In this document: positions 23,991-38,769 of the stretch, one piece after another | Numbering within the stretch: position 1 is the first letter of the stretch | Layout of the letters: every line of letters begins with the position of its first letter | Assembly: GCF_009914755.1 (NCBI RefSeq) | Contig: NC_060936.1 | Strand: one strand, 5' to 3' | From: the human T2T-CHM13v2.0 reference genome, Homo sapiens | DNA: 64,000 bases | Notes under the pieces: generated by a model | Database searches by the model: none | Seen by the model: the letters and a program-made list of their open reading frames with translations, nothing else | Told to the model about the DNA's origin: nothing | Translations under genes and position numbers: made by a program

Positions 23991-26900
23991 CAAATCAACA
24001 TTTGGAAGGAGAATAAATCCTCCCCATATAGTCTTGAGAGTTAAATGAAAAATTCTCTCTATCCTATAGTTTTATCACCTTTATTTCTTTTATTAATTTC
24101 AAGAGGTGTTTCTTATGCAAAAATATAGCTGTGCGTGTTGCACATTTTTATTCACAGTTGCTAGGGATACACAGTCTTTTGATTTGAGCTGGGGATATCT
24201 GTTGAAAGTGAAATATTCACATGTGGCTGGAGAAGGGCAAATGAGGCTGCATCCCTCCCTTTTCTCTCAAGGGAAGCCCAGGAATTTCCTAGGAAGAGTC
24301 ATTAACAGGGCCCAGGAAGACCTCTCAGGTAAGACGTTATAATCTATGCATACATCCAATCTCCTGGGACCTAAGCCATTGGGATGCTTTGCAAAGTTGA
24401 GATTCTCCATCATGCTGCAAACCTTGCCTTGGAGACAACAGACATTATTTTCTATTACTTTATGTGCACTTATGCTATTTTCATGGAGTCCCACATCTAT
24501 ATATAATGTTTTAGAAGTAATGAGCATGTCCCATTTCATGGGTGTTCTTGATTCAAAATCATTTAACTTAAGAACACTTAATACTAGAACTAAAGCCATA
24601 ACTTCATTTTATAACTTCTAGGCATTGTAAATTTCAATTTTCTTTAAGCTCTAAACTAATCTTCTACTGTTTGTTGAAATATTACTTATACCAGTTTATC
24701 GGTACTTGGAAGACTTAATTTCCCTGAGAATCCGTCTCTGCAGGCTCCATTTCACACGGGCACTAGAGTAGGTTAAGACGCTGCTTGTCTAGCACTTATA
24801 ACGAGCAAGTATATTGAAAAGAAGCCCCGTTGTTCCTCATACCAACCTGACTGTGGCTGCCATATAAAACCTACTGAGCCATATATTTTACTCATCTTAA
24901 TAAGCGCATTATAAAATGGCACTGAATTTCTTCCTCTCAGAGACAAGGAATGCTCAGGGTATTAAGAACATCAAAAGCAGAAAAAGTTAAGTAGTTGCAA
25001 CAGGTACAGATCTAAGGCAAAGAACTACATCTATCGTGGAATCTCAGATCAAATATGCCTGCTTTTTCCTTTCGCCCTTTGGGGTCGTTCCTCTGATAAA
25101 TAATTCACAGACTGCAGTGCAAAGTAGTTTGCATACTGACAAGATTAAAAAGAATGCTTTGTCTGGGTTAAATTTACAATCTGAAACCTTCCTTTAAAAT
25201 GTCAAGAAGGTAATTAATTTAAGAAGGTTTGCCAAGCAGAGTCTCCGACCCTGTCAGAAAAATTTCATTTCCTGAGGGTGAAGGGGATGTTGCATTTATC
25301 TTTCCCAAATGCCTGTTTTGGTTTCCATTTTAAGACCATTTTCTCCCTTCCTAATATGCCTTATAGCCCTTTTCTTTTTAGGCAAAAATTAACCCAGTAT
25401 TCTTTCTTGGTGGATTTTTTTTTAAGATTATCTAACACAGTCTGCAAATTACCTGTGAGTGGGGACTAAAGCACAGGTCAGACCTTTTGACACAAACAGA
25501 AGGGCATTTTCCACAGAGAGCACTCTCCCCGGCCTGAACATTCAGACAAGCATTTTGAGTAGCAGCGGGAAATGCATAAATTCAACAGCATGAAAATTTG
25601 CTTTTGGCTTAGCAAAATGCCCTGCCCCACATATGCACAGTAGTATGCATTCTTATGAATGAATGCTTATGACAATCAGTGGGGTTTTTACAGCAATTCT
25701 TCAAGCCAAGTTTACTGGTGTAAAATGTTATTAGCAATTGTGTCCCCTAACTAATCCCTGGAGGCATCACAGAAGAGATTAAACAATGCATTGCTGTTTG
25801 GAAACCTCATCCAAAAGCCCTGTATCATGTATGCGTGCACACACATACACACAGCAGAAAAAGAAAGCTGTTAATCGGCCCACTAGAAGTACATTTCAGT
25901 TCCTCTTAAAAATAGAGTTTGCCAGAGTAGCAGGGCTAAATGATGTCATCTCATTGATACTAACCGGGAAGAAATAATTTCATCTCAAATTTACTTCAAG
26001 AAACAAAGGTCAACTGAAATGTGCCAAAATGCTAAATGTGAAGAAAAATAGTTCAAAATGTATGAAGTCTGAAATAAGAATCTCACGGTTTTAAGGTGAG
26101 TCTAAATCGAGATGTGTTTAATAGAGATGCTTTTGGATGCTTAGCTGTCCTCCCTAGGTACCAACTCTTGACCCTGGTGAATGACTTGTTTGTGTGGCTA
26201 CAATTCAGTTTCCTGGGATTTTCCTTCTACATCTTGTGTCATTTTGGTGGGGTCAGGATGTGTGATATCAGTTTGAGAGCTGTGTTCTCTGAGGCTTTAG
26301 AAAAACAGTCACTAGACTTTGTCACTTTGCAAATCCCTCACTCACCACCATCACACCTTGGGAAATGGCATGTGTTGTGTTTATTTTGCATGGAGTCTAT
26401 ACTACTAATATGTCAGTACTCAACATTAGTCTCTAATCATTTTTGATGGAGTATTTAATTGTTCTTCTTTTTAGAAAATATTGTAGTTGCTTTCAAATAT
26501 TTTGGGAAGTTGTGGTAGTACAAACTAAAAATAAATATTTTCTAGTGTGTTGGTGAAAAGGCAAACACATAGCTAAAAAAGCAATTTAAGAAAACCTATA
26601 TTTCTGATTAAAGATGATTTTGGAAAATTTCATGTAATTCTTCTAGTCTTTTCGAAGCAAAAGGTGAACAAGTTCCTCAGAAACTGATTTTGGAGGAATG
26701 TTTAATTTGAAGGTGATAATATTTGAATGTAGAAGGAAGTCTGTGTTGGGGAGAGGTGTTAGTTTGTTCCACAGGACACTATTAGGGAGTTGTCATGTGT
26801 TTTAATTTTCAAGCAAGAGTAGGCTGCACTTGCTCTAGTCAAAAGCATCCAGAATAGCCTTGGTTGGTATCCTTGGGTTTCAGCAAGATTGGCATTCCCT

Positions 26901-27494
26901 GTGTGTTAATGGAAAGCTTCAGGTGCTGTGCTGAAACCATCATTGAAGGACACAGAATAAAGGCTTCACTATATATTAATACTACGATTTCCCCTACCCT
27001 TCTTACTTCTAGGACTTCTCATTCATTACAATTTCCTCATCATCCTGTAGTGAGAGAAAAACTCAATCAGCAACCCACTGAAGAGCATAATGATTGATCT
27101 CAGCCAAATTTCTACTTCAGTATACAAAAATATATATAATTATCACTTTAGACTAACTAGCTATTGAATAATTTTGCAGGAAATAATTGATGGGAGGCAC
27201 ATGAGAGTTAGCAGAAGCAAGAATAAAAATTAAATGCATAGAGAATATCCAGGCCCTAAGAAAATTTATCAAGAAGCTTTGAGTTGCCTACAGAATATTT
27301 GAATGAGAAAAATCATAGTCATAATAGAAAAAAATTAAAATACTCTGTTTCAGACATGCTCAGTTTATGGGAGTCTGTATAGATGAATGGTGGGAGCTAC
27401 CAGCTAACATTGGAAGCAGGGAAGGTGAGTTGATTTCCTACTCTGTGGCTTTATAGCCAGGCTTAATTCATTAGTAAAGAATTTAGTTGATACT

Positions 27495-27998
27495 TGTAAT
27501 TGCGTCTAATTGTTGCTGTACCAAATTACCAACAATTTAGTGGCTTAAATTAACATAAGTTTATTTTATAGTTCTGGAAGTCAGAAATCTGAAATGGGTC
27601 TCAGTGGGCTAAAATCAAGGTGTTGGAAGGGCTGCATCCCTTTCTGAAGGTTTTACGGAATAACTTGTTTTCTTGCTTTTTCCAGCCGCTAAAGGCTGCT
27701 TGCATTCATTGACTGTGGTCCCCTTCCATCTTTGAAGCCAGCCAGTCAAGATTTTTCACATTGCATCACTCTGACTCTGACTCTTCAGCCTGTCTCTTCA
27801 CCATTTAAGGACCCTTGAGACTGCATTAAGCTCCCCTGGATAATTCAGGATAATGTTACCGTCTTATGGTCAGCTGATCAGCAACCTGAGTTTCATCTGC
27901 TACTTTAATTCCCCTTTGCCATGTAACATGATTTGTTCACAGGCTCTAGGGATTAAGATGTAGAAATCTTTGGAGGACCAATTATTTTGCCTACCATA
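27495..27998 (-). mobile_element. MLT1C-like MaLR solo LTR
   Basis: GCTGTACCAAATTACC...GTTCTGGAAGTCAGAAATCTGAAATGGGTCTCAGTGGGCTAAAATCAAGGTG...TTGCCTACCATA. TSD ATACT/GTACT. Confidence 0.85.
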
Positions 27999-28009
27999 GT
28001 ACTTAACAA

Positions 28010-29620
28010 ATATTTCTTGAATGAATGTCTGATTAATTGACTACAAAAAGAAGAATACATTTTGAGAGGGAAGAGGTGGTGAACAGTATCAAATTATCTT
28101 GAAGTCAAGAAGGATGAAGACTGAGAAATATACTTGGACTTTATAACTTGGAGGACACTAGCAGTTTTTGAAAAGAATCAGCATCTTGGGGGCTCTGAAA
28201 ATCAGATTTCAGGAGAATTGTTTAGTGAGCTGGGCTCACAAAATGAAGACAGGGATTTAAATTGTGTTTTGAACTAAGAATAAGAAGAGCTCCAGACAAA
28301 AAGACTCAGGAGGATAGCAGAATTCCTTAGATAATATAATTACACTTATGGATCAAGGGAAAGAAGCCAATATATAGAGATATATATTTCACCTATTTCT
28401 TGAATATTTTTAATTGATAGTTTGATATATTGAGAGAAGTAAGAGGGGTTAGAACCAATATTTAAGATGAAAACCATGCCTGTGGATAAAAGGGAAGCAG
28501 GACAATCCTTTCTCTGATACAAGAGGAAGAAAGGATTATTGAAGAACTAAGGACAAATAGAAAGGGAAGAAAGATTTGAGAGCATTTAAATTATATTATA
28601 TCTATTTTATTAGTAAGTAACAGACATAGGTTCCTAAAGTCAGTGTGGAAGCTTGGGACATGGGGAGAACAGAAGAGGTTTAAATTAGATTCTGGAGGGT
28701 GGAAGGGATAATCCTCCATGGAGATTTGAAATACTTGACCAGCAGCACAGGTGACAAAGTGAGAGCAAGTTCCGTTAAAGGGATCCTGCCATATTTTTAA
28801 TTTTCCCAACAATACTCAGCCATTTATGAGGTGGATCAGAGAAAGCAGAAAGTGGGGTTTCCTAGGGTGGGAAAGACATAGCTTTGTGGTAGAGAAAGAA
28901 GGTGAGGGTACATAGCCTATTCCTGAGGGCATTGCATGAGTGGCTGATCATGCCCACCCAGTTTGGGTGTAGAAGGAAGTGATCCAGGATGGGGGTAATG
29001 AACTGAGAGGACATGGGGACTTGAAAGTGATAATAATGAAATCCTGGCTCAGGAGGAGTGAATAAGTAAGATGACAAGTGAAGAATGACAAGGAAGTGTG
29101 GAGGCAGAAAGTGCCAAGGTGTGGCTAGGCTTGTGGTGGTGGGGGCTACAATATAATGGAGATGACAGTAATCTGAGTATCCAAGCCCAATGAATTGTGG
29201 TATTAGAGTACTGGAAGATCATCACACAAACGTCAAAGAAGGGTAAGACTATAAAGAAAATGTTAAAAATTTGATGAGGCAGGAAAAGGCTTATAGAAAA
29301 TGGAAAAGTGGATAGCAGTAGATGGCATGGACTTTTACAAAAGAGATATAATGGAAAGATAGCTATCAAAAAAATGGTCTGGAAGCGATTGTGGGGGACG
29401 AAAAGGTATCAGCCCTTTTCTCATCCCAGAGAGTTTTAAAGAAGTAACATTCATCTAATAAGTATTTAAGCAGCCAATATATAACAGACATTGGATTAGG
29501 GAGTGAACTTATAATGAACAGACAATCCTTATGTGCTTCACAATCTAGTGGGAAAAACAGACAATAAATTCAAATATATATAATCATAAATCATGGTAAG
29601 ATCTATGAGGAAAACAAGCA
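28010..29620 (-). mobile_element. Degenerate L2 fragments
   Basis: Purine-rich antisense L2 motifs (GAAGTCAAGAAGGATGAAGACTGAGAAA...TTGGACTTT; CTTCACAATCTAGTGGGAAAAACAGACAATAAA). Confidence 0.5.
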
Positions 29621-29782
29621 TAATGCTCAAAACAAGCATTATTTGGTTACATTTGTACTCTGATATCAGGAGTAAGGAACATTGACTCAGTCTGAACAAA
29701 AATTTAAAAACATAAACATAAGATCATTTTCTTTTTTTCTTTAAACTCTTCTTCTGTTACTCTTGGACAAACTCCAGACTCC

Positions 29783-30263
29783 TTAGCAGGGTCTAAAATG
29801 ATTCTGAGACTGGTAGAATTGTCCAATAGAATTCATGTTTATGGTTTTTTTGAATAAACATAGAAATTGACCATCCTGATCTAAAGCTAGAAATTTGCGT
29901 TTGTCTTATCTGAGTTCCTTTCTCAAGAAACTGACCCTCAGGCCTCCAAGACAGTATTAAGTAATTGAAACTCACAAGATCACTGCATCTAGACAGTGAA
30001 ACACCAGACTCTTTATTTGTCACGATTTTCTCTTTACCCCTCCCTAATTCCTGTTTTCCCTACATGTAGCTACATTCCTTCCCAGCTATTAACTCCCAAT
30101 TTTAGTTGGTTGAGGAGATGTACTTGAGACTGATCTTCCATCTTCTCTGCTGATATCACCCCATTAAAGCCTTTCTTTCCTGGCAATACTTGTTGTATCA
30201 GTGATTGGCTTTCTGTGCAGTGAGCAATGAGATACAGTTGGAACTCCTGGTGTTTTGGTAACA
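29783..30263 (+). mobile_element. ERV1-class solo LTR (LTR47/MER39-group-like)
   Basis: TTTGTCTTATCTGAGTTCCTTTCTCAAGAAAC, ATTAAAGCC poly(A) signal, CAGTGATTGGCTTTCTGTGCAGTGAGCA, and a TTTTGGTAACA end. Confidence 0.7.
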
Positions 30264-30857
30264 AGCTTTTAAACCTCTCCAAACTTGTTTTTCCATCACT
30301 GCCCCCCTCCCCACCGCCCGACTTCAACCTGCTTTCTTTTTGCTCCTCAATGATTTCAATCTCTTTCCCACTGCAGGGCCTGAACATTGGACCTCCTCCA
30401 ACCCTCATGAACTCACACCTTTGCCTTCTCTTAGCCTCCACTCTTCTTTTCAGAGAGGCCCCCATGATTTCTCTCACTATCTTATCTTTGATTTTTCTGT
30501 CTCACTTTCTGAATCTCATTCATCAGTGAGAATTGTCACTTCAGACTTTTAAACATATCCTCTCAAATCTATGCCTCCTTTGCTATCTTTACCACTACGA
30601 TATATCACTTTAACCCATCACCATTTCTCATCTGTAACAATGATTTCCAGTATTATCATAAAAGACTGGTGGAAGGTCAGCTGTCCTTTTTAAAGGAAAA
30701 ATTTAGAACAGAGATCTACCAACTTGTGCTCAGACAGGGGCAGACCTGTCCTTAACTCTCACCTCCCCAGCAGAGAGAGAGAACAGGGATTACAGAATAC
30801 ATATGCCCCATAGGGATAGTTAAATTTGTTAGGTTTTAGCATACTTAATTGTCTAGT

Positions 30858-31065
30858 TGCTGTGGTTCGAATGTGTCCTCCCCAAGAAAACTTAATCCGC
30901 AACGCAACAGTGTTGGGAGGTAGGGTAGGGCCTGATGAGAGGTGATTAGGCCACGAGGGCAGAGTGAATCGATTAATGCTGATATAATGAGAGTAGGTTC
31001 CTTATCCTGGGAATGAGTTTGTTATAAAAGGGGGAGTTCAGCTCTCTTTTATACTCTCTCACACA

Positions 31066-31113
<48 letters not shown>

Positions 31114-31287
31114 CTCTTGCCTTTCTCCCTTCGACCATGGGATGATGCAGCAAGAAAACTTTCATTAGATTCTGGTCCCTCCATCTTGGCCTATGTAGTC
31201 TCCAGAACTGTGAGAAATAAATTTCTATTCTTTATAAATTATCCAGTCTCAGGTATTCTCTTATAACCACACAAATGGACCAAGATA
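30858..31287 (+). mobile_element. MST (MSTC/D-like) MaLR solo LTR containing a (CA)n
   Basis: TGCTGTGGTTCGAATGTGTCC...CCATGGGATGATGCAGCAAGAA...TTTATAAATTATCCAGTCTCAGGTATTC...AAATGGACCAAGATA. Confidence 0.85.
31068..31110. repeat. (CA)n microsatellite, about 21 units
   Basis: Uninterrupted CA run inside the LTR. Confidence 0.95.
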
Positions 31288-33661
31288 CCATTGGAGAGAT
31301 TGTTCTAGGACTTTTGTTTCAAATATTCTCTGGATTCAAAATGTAGCTTTGCCGTATACAAATTATGTGGACTTTGACTAGTGGTTTAGATTCCTTGTGT
31401 CTCATTGTTCTCATAAAGTGGGAACAATGCCTGTTTTGAAATGCTGTTATGAGGATAGTGTAAGTGCCAAACAGAGTGCCTGGTTTATTCTTGATGCTCA
31501 ATTAATGCTAATTCTTTCTATTTTGTTTTTCCCAGATCTTGACTAGGAGACAGGGAGGTAAATCTCTGGGATTGATCCCAGGCATATTAAACCATGACAG
31601 TCACTGGCCCAAGGACTGCCCTGTGCAGTAATTCCAAATCCAATCCACACACCCTGTAAAAGATGGGGAAACTGTGTTTGGTAGTTCTCAAAAATTGAAG
31701 AACATTACACATGTGGTTACTTGTTTATACTATTGCATCATTTTTATTTCTACATTTCAAAAAATTGTATTATTTCAGAGCTGGAAGAACCTTTACAGGT
31801 AATTTTGTGGTACAGAGAAAAAAATACTGCTTAGAAACGGGGATAAGGATTCTAGTCCCAGATTTGCAGCAAACTAGCCATGTGTCTCCTGGTGTCCACC
31901 CTACCTACTCCATTAAGTTGTTATTCCTTTGGCAGGATGAATCAAGGCTCCCATGGGGAAGCACGAGGGGAATAGGTGGTTATTATATTGACCAACTGTT
32001 AGTTTTGTTTGGTTTAATGTTTTTAGATCTGCTCATTTTTTTTAATAGTGAGGGCAGATTTGAGTGTGAGAGATGAGGAGGTAAGTCTGGAGAAGCCAAG
32101 GGGTTTGAGGAAGAAAGATAGTGTATTATGGGGGCCATGTGATATAACCACTTCCCTTGGTCTTCTCAAGAAACTTCAATGAAGCTACATACCCTACGAT
32201 AATTTTGGAAATTGATTTGTTTACTTTTAGATGTCAGGATAGGTAAAGTTGGCTTCCAGGATAGTTTCCAGTAAATTCAGGGCTGTTCCTAGGAAATGAT
32301 ATAGTAAGCAGGTAACTGGAATGGCAAATTAAATAGTATATATGAAAGCACCTTAAAAGAGTATGTGGCAATGAGCTGTGTATTGTTATTCTTTGCTTCA
32401 ACACTTTGACTTTGCAGATGAAAAATCTGAAGCCTAGAAAGTTCATGTGATTTGGATAGTGGGATTTAACTTACTTTATGGAGATTTTATGAAGGCTAAG
32501 ATAATACACATTCAACAAATGTTACCAATTATTATTATTGTTGTAATTCTGCTTCTGCTGTTGATGCTGCTGGTGGTGGTTGAAGACTATGTGGGAATGC
32601 TCTCTCTACTACGCCTTCCTTTTCCAATTGCCATGTAATTTTCACTTGAAGAGCAGTTGTTGACCTCATTTTATCACAAGTTCTGGAAAGGTAAATTTGA
32701 TAGAATACAGTATGGAAAAATAGGTCTGAAGGAAGATGATGCAATTTTTAAAAAGAGGAAAGAAACACTTTGATTTAATGAAAGTTATTATCTCAACAAC
32801 AGTGAGAATTGTCATTTAGAATTTTCAAATGAGATATTCATTTGAATATTCATCAAACTCTGTTACTTTTACGGTCCCAACTATTCCAGGCCCTAAATTA
32901 GGCATACAGTTAGAATTTGGTCAGTGTTTGTTCATGTTCATTCATTCTTCACTTGGAAAATCTTTATTGGTTATTTTTTATGTGACAGGCACAGTGCTAG
33001 CTAACATTATTTGAGTACTTCTTTTGTTTAGAACTATGTTATGAGATCATGGAGAAGGAAGCCTCCCAGAAGAGAAGACACAGTGTTGTTTACAAAGCGT
33101 ACATATGAAAGACCATGCAAACAACAATAAAATATCCTCTTAATAAGAGAAAAGTGAGAGATATTGGAATGAAACAGAGTCCAGGACTATTTAGAATTGT
33201 CTATAGTTAATCCCCAAAGTCTTCCAGGAGGAGGACTCTATATAAGGGTATTGTGCAGGGGTAATGAGCATGAAACGGGGAAGGTGGGACTTACAGGACA
33301 GGGTATTGCAAGGCATGGTAGACTATCAGCTGTATGTCCACTAGTTTTCTTTGTTTCCTGAACTACAGGGATCTTTGTCTTATATCCCTGGCCTCAGAAA
33401 CATATCAACCATTTTTGCACATTTCCACCTTTTCCCTAATATCTATGTGTCTAGGACAAAGCTCCCCAAGGCCTACTAAAGAGAAACTCCCTGCTGCCTT
33501 CAACTTTGGCCAGTGCTAACACACTATTCATGAACCATTCAGGGCCTTAAGGGAATGTTACTTCTGAGACTAGCTCCCTTGGAACTGGGCCCTGATCACT
33601 GTCATTTCATTTGCCCTACTCTGTGAATCATTCAAATCATAAATGGTGGGCTCTTTGGCCT

Positions 33662-34117
33662 CGTATTAGTCAGGATTTTACAGAGAAATAGAAACAATAA
33701 TATTTATTTACTTATCTTAAGCTATTGACTCACACAATTTTGGAGGCTGAGAAGACCCATGATCTGCTCTCTGCAAACTGAAGACCCAGGAAGCTCTCTC
33801 TCCAGAGAGCTGGAGAACCAATGGTGTAATCCCAGTCTGAGTCTGAAAGCCTGAGAATAAGGACAGGAGATTGATGTCCCAGCTCAAACAGTCAGACAGA
33901 GAAAACAAATTCTCCATTCCTCTACTTTTTTGTTCTATTTAGCTCTCAATCATTGGGATGCCCACATTGGAGAGAGCAATCCTCTTTATCTGCAGATTCA
34001 GATGCTTATCTCTTCCAGAAACACCCCTGCAGACACATCCCCAAATAATATTTAACCAGATATCTGGGCATCTTCACCGGGATCCAGTGAAGTTGATATA
34101 AACAATTAACTGTCACA
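33662..34117 (-). mobile_element. MLT2B-like ERVL solo LTR
   Basis: TATTAGTCAGGATTTTACAGAGAAATAGAAAC...GGAGGCTGAGAAGACCCATGATCTGC...CAGATATCTGGGCATC...ATTAACTGTCACA. Confidence 0.85.
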
Positions 34118-34415
34118 GCTACATGGGGTAAAAATATCCACGTAGAATCTATATTCAAGTAGGCCTATATAAAATAGTAGAATTCCAGAGGATAATTGTT
34201 ATTATATCAGGATCTTAGCGTTCACAGTCTTTCTCACATCTTTTTACCTAATACAACAACACAGTGTGTAGGTGTTGATTTCATAATCTAGATGAGGAAT
34301 TTGAAATTTAGAAAGTTAAGTGATTTACCCAGAATAGCATGGATAGAAAATGATGGAGCCAGAACCTGAAACCCCTCATTGTGACTCACCATACCAGATG
34401 GCCAAACTGGATCTT

Positions 34416-35132
34416 TTTGAAAATGTATTTTTATTGAAATATAAACTACATTAAAACTCATATCTCAAGTGCACACCTTAATAAATGTTCATATATGAAA
34501 AAACCCATGCAAGCACCACTTAAATAAAGATATAAGGGTTCCCTTATATGCGTTCTCAATACCCCCTTCCCCTCAAAGGGGACCACCACTTTCTGAATTC
34601 TCCTACCACAGGTTAGAGTTGTCTATTCTTAAAGTGTGATGAATAGAATCATGCACTACAGACGTTTTGTGTCTGGCTTTGTTGTTGTTGTTCAACAGAA
34701 GATATTTGAGATTCATCCATGCTGGTGAGCATAGCAATAGTTTTTTTCATTGTTGTACGGTATTTCATTATATAAACATTCCACCATTGATCTATTCATT
34801 CAATTAGATGGATCTTAGATGTTGATGGACATGTAGGTTGTTTTTAGGTTTGTTCTATTATGAACTAAATTATTACAGACATTGTTGCTCATGTCTTTTA
34901 GTTGATAGATACACATGTCTCTGGGCATATACCTGAGTGGTATTGCTGGGTCATAGGATAAGCATATTTTAGCATTTGTAAATACTTCCAAGTAGTTTTC
35001 CAAAAAGGCTGTACTAATTTATATTCCTACTAAAGTACTGTATGGAAGATCCACTTACTTAATATCTCTGTGAACACTTGGTATTGCCAACATTTTTACC
35101 TTTAGATATTCTGGTGAGTGTGTAGTGGCAAA
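34416..35132 (-). mobile_element. Old L1M 3' end (ORF2 end and 3' UTR)
   Basis: TTTGAGATTCATCCATG; GGGCATATACCTGAGTGGTATTGCTGGGTCATAGG. ORF 34815-35003(-) contains YDPAIPL, an L1 ORF2p C-terminal motif. Confidence 0.8.
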
Positions 35133-35568
35133 CCAGATCTTGAGACAGACACTCAGTTTCATTGCACAGCACAGCCTGACACTACCTTTTTATTCTCACT
35201 CATTTTATCCACAGGAAAATTTCTCTTGGTCCTAGGCCTGGTTGAAGAGTGGGGGTTGGTGGTGGCAGGGCAGAGCTAGATCCTTCTGTCTGATTTGGCT
35301 ACAACCCCTGAGCTGGATTCTAGCTCCTATATTTTAATCTTTATTGTGTAAATTTGGCAGTTCACTGGGAGAATACAGAGCTCTGTTTTCTCACTTATAA
35401 GATGGAAAGCTTGGAATAGCCAGTGTAAGTTCTTTCTAGAACTTCAGATCTGTGATTTCTCTCATACCACTTTCATATATGCCCGTAAGTCATTTTGAAA
35501 TCCTGGTTGGATTTTGAAATAAGGACCTTCTAAATTCTTTGCCTTCTTTCTTCAGTTATAATGCTTAG

Positions 35569-35907
<339 letters not shown>

Positions 35908-36227
35908 ACATTTTCCTTATTTTTGATTCAACTCTGTCCTTTTTAAGTTATATAAGTTCTTAAAACTTACTCTTTTCTTCCATATTTTTGATCCAAGTGT
36001 CTCGCCTTTTCTCAATTACATCAGGCACTTTCTCCACAATGTTACTGAGCTCTTTTCTCATTGGTGACTGGTGTTTATACTGGTAACTCTAATGCCCTCT
36101 TTTAAGTACTGCTTCTATATGACATCCCTGCAACATTGGCACCATTCCGTCTTTTAGAGTCCACAAAAAGGTTGCTTTTCCTCCTTCCTTCCCTCCTGCT
36201 CTTCTTTCTTTTTGTTTTGTGCTAGTT

Positions 36228-36680
36228 TGTTACAACAAACTAGACTAATATCTTCCTAGTCCCTTTCCAAACTCTCCTTTGCAACTCAGAGTAGAGGCAG
36301 TAAAATTAAATCTTCTAGATTTTCTCTTTCTGCAGAGTTCTGAGTTAGATTCTGCCAAAGAGAAGCATGGCACTAGATTTGGAAGATAGAAGAAAGGTGA
36401 AGCCATTTTTTTCTGGTGGCAGCTGCAGGCAGACATGTGAGCAGTCAGCAGATGTGAGATTTACAGCAGCTTCTAGGAGAGCTCCTGCAAATCACCTGCT
36501 TTGGTGCTGCAGTCAAGGGAGATTATCAACAGGCACTTCCAATGATTCCTATTCATCCAAATTTCCTGTAGGCCAGCTGTGGTTTTTCTTTCACCTATGT
36601 ACCCTAGCTGTTCAAATGGTTGTGTGAAACCCTAATTATTAACATTATACTGTATCTTGAAATAAAAATTCCTGAATTCA
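36228..36680 (+). mobile_element. Ancient ERVL-class LTR (LTR33/41-like)
   Basis: TTAGATTCTGCCAA...GATTTGGAAG..AGAAG motif and a terminal AATAAA; highly degenerate. Confidence 0.35.
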
Positions 36681-37163
36681 TCGGGTTAGGCTACTCTTAT
36701 AATAAATCTCAGTGGCTTAACACAGTAAGTTCATTTTTTGACTATGCCTTACTTTAGCGAAGGGGGTGGTGGTAAAAGTGGGGATGGAGATGAAGAACTG
36801 AAGCTGTTGGAGTCCCTGCCATATGCAGTATGGCTTCAGGTAGCCTTGGGGATTGGGATCCAGTTAACAGTCAAGCAAAATGATTTCATGCTCAGGCCTA
36901 GGTTGGCACACACCATTTCCTCCCATATTCCACTAGCTAATTACAAGAGCCAGCCTTGTGGCTAAAGGGGGCTCATTTTACCACAGTTCCTTTTGCTGTG
37001 TCGAAGCTTTAGATGTAGGTGTCCCTCGTTCTCTTCTTTTTTCATTCTGCCCATTCACCTCAAAGAGTTCTTACCTATTCTCATTACTCCAGCTCCTGTC
37101 TCTGCTTCTGGTTTCCCCTCCACCTGCAATGGCCTTTCATCTATTGTCCTGTTGAATGCCCTT

Positions 37164-37403
37164 TGTGTTAGTCCATTTTGCACTGCTCTAAGGGAATACT
37201 GGAAGCTGGATAATTTATAAAGAAAATAAGTTTGTTTGGCTTATGGTTCTGCAGGCTGTACAAGAAGTGTGGCACCAGCATCTGCTTCTGGTGAGGGCTT
37301 TGGGAAGCTTTCAATCATAGCAGAAGGTGAAGGGGGAGCTGGTGTGTCACATGATGAGAGAGGGAGCAAGAGAGAGAGGGAAGGGATTCCAGGCTCTTTT
37401 TAA
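37164..37403 (-). mobile_element. MSTB-like MaLR LTR, 3' part only
   Basis: TGTGTTAGTCCATTTTGCACTGCT...GGTTCTGCAGGCTGTACAAGAAG..TGGCACCAGCATCTGCTTCTGGTGAGGG...CCAGGCTCTTTTTAA. Confidence 0.85.
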
Positions 37404-38367
37404 TAATCTCCATGGTTTAGTAATATCCATGGCTAGCATTTAATACCTATTTGCAGAAGGAATAGATTAAAAGTACTTAATGCTTTAAATAAAGAATTTG
37501 TGTCCATATTCTAAAATAATCATCTCATGATTTTTTCTACAGTTTGCAAGATTCCTGTAGGTATTTTTTTTTTTGTGCAGTTGGCTTTCATTAGTATAGG
37601 TCATTGACAAGATAAACATTCAATGCAGGTCCTCTTGACTCATAGATCTCCTGCCATATTCATATGCGCTCACTTAGATTTCATCCTCTCATTTTCTATT
37701 CTCCTCTTTCTTCTTCCAAAGGTCCCTCCATCATCTCCCCTCTCCTAGTTTATCACCATCTTTATTGAGTCTGCAAGGTTGTGATGGCAAGAAGAGAGAA
37801 AGGAAGAGGGAGAAATTCATGGAGGAACACGTATTTTTCCTCCATACATTGCAGTTCTTGAGCCCTCCTCTCCAACCCAGTCTGTGATTTTTAGCAGATT
37901 TTTATAAGCACTGGGTCTATTTGAACAAGCTATCACCAAGAAATATAGTTGTAGACACAAACAATGTCTAATTTGTCTAGGGGCTATTACCTTTTCTCTG
38001 AATTAATACTAAATCAATACTCTAGTAAGTTGTCAGGGGCGTTGCATTGAAGTGATGTCTTTATAGACAAATAAACTAACATTTTATCCGGTTTCACTGA
38101 GTACTCTGGTTGGCAATAGGAGAGGGGGCATGCAGAGAGATAAGGGCAAGTTGTTGTTTGCAATAATTTATAATCTACATATGAATTTGAAGTGTTGATA
38201 ATTTATGCTTATGAAAAAATTGATAGAACTTTGTTTACAAAATTCTAAAATTCTGCTTTGGGTTAATTCCAGATCAAATATTTTCTGTTCATCTTCATTA
38301 CTTCTCAGGCTATAATTGCATCTCATCATTAGATGTTTTTTGTTCCTATGCTTATATTTGCACATCT

Positions 38368-38740
38368 ATTCATTCATTCTACAAATATTTAATAGGCACC
38401 TACTATTTGTGGGTCATTATAGCTTTTAGGCACACAGCAAAAGACAAAGTCCTTGCCCTCAAAACCCTTGTGTTTCAGTAAGAGAGAGGCAGTAGACAAA
38501 CAAACATAATATAAGCAATAAGTGCTGCAAGAAAAAATAAAGTGGGTTAAAGTGATAAAGGGCCAGGGAGATTATCTCTGAGAAGGTGACATTTGAGTAG
38601 ACATGACTAAAGTAGAAATTAGTCATGAAGGAACCCAACAAATGGCATTCTAGGCAGATGGAGAGGCAAGCACAAAGGACTTGGGCAGGAATGAACTTAA
38701 TGGAACAGATAGAAGGCCTGTGTGGTGAGAGCTGAGTTAC
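38368..38740 (-). mobile_element. L2 3' end
   Basis: ATTCATTCATTCTACAAATATTTAATAGGCACCTACTAT...CTCTGAGAAGGTGACATTTGAGTAGAC. Confidence 0.75.
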
Positions 38741-38769
38741 ATTCACTAACTTACATGTGTATAACTTTT

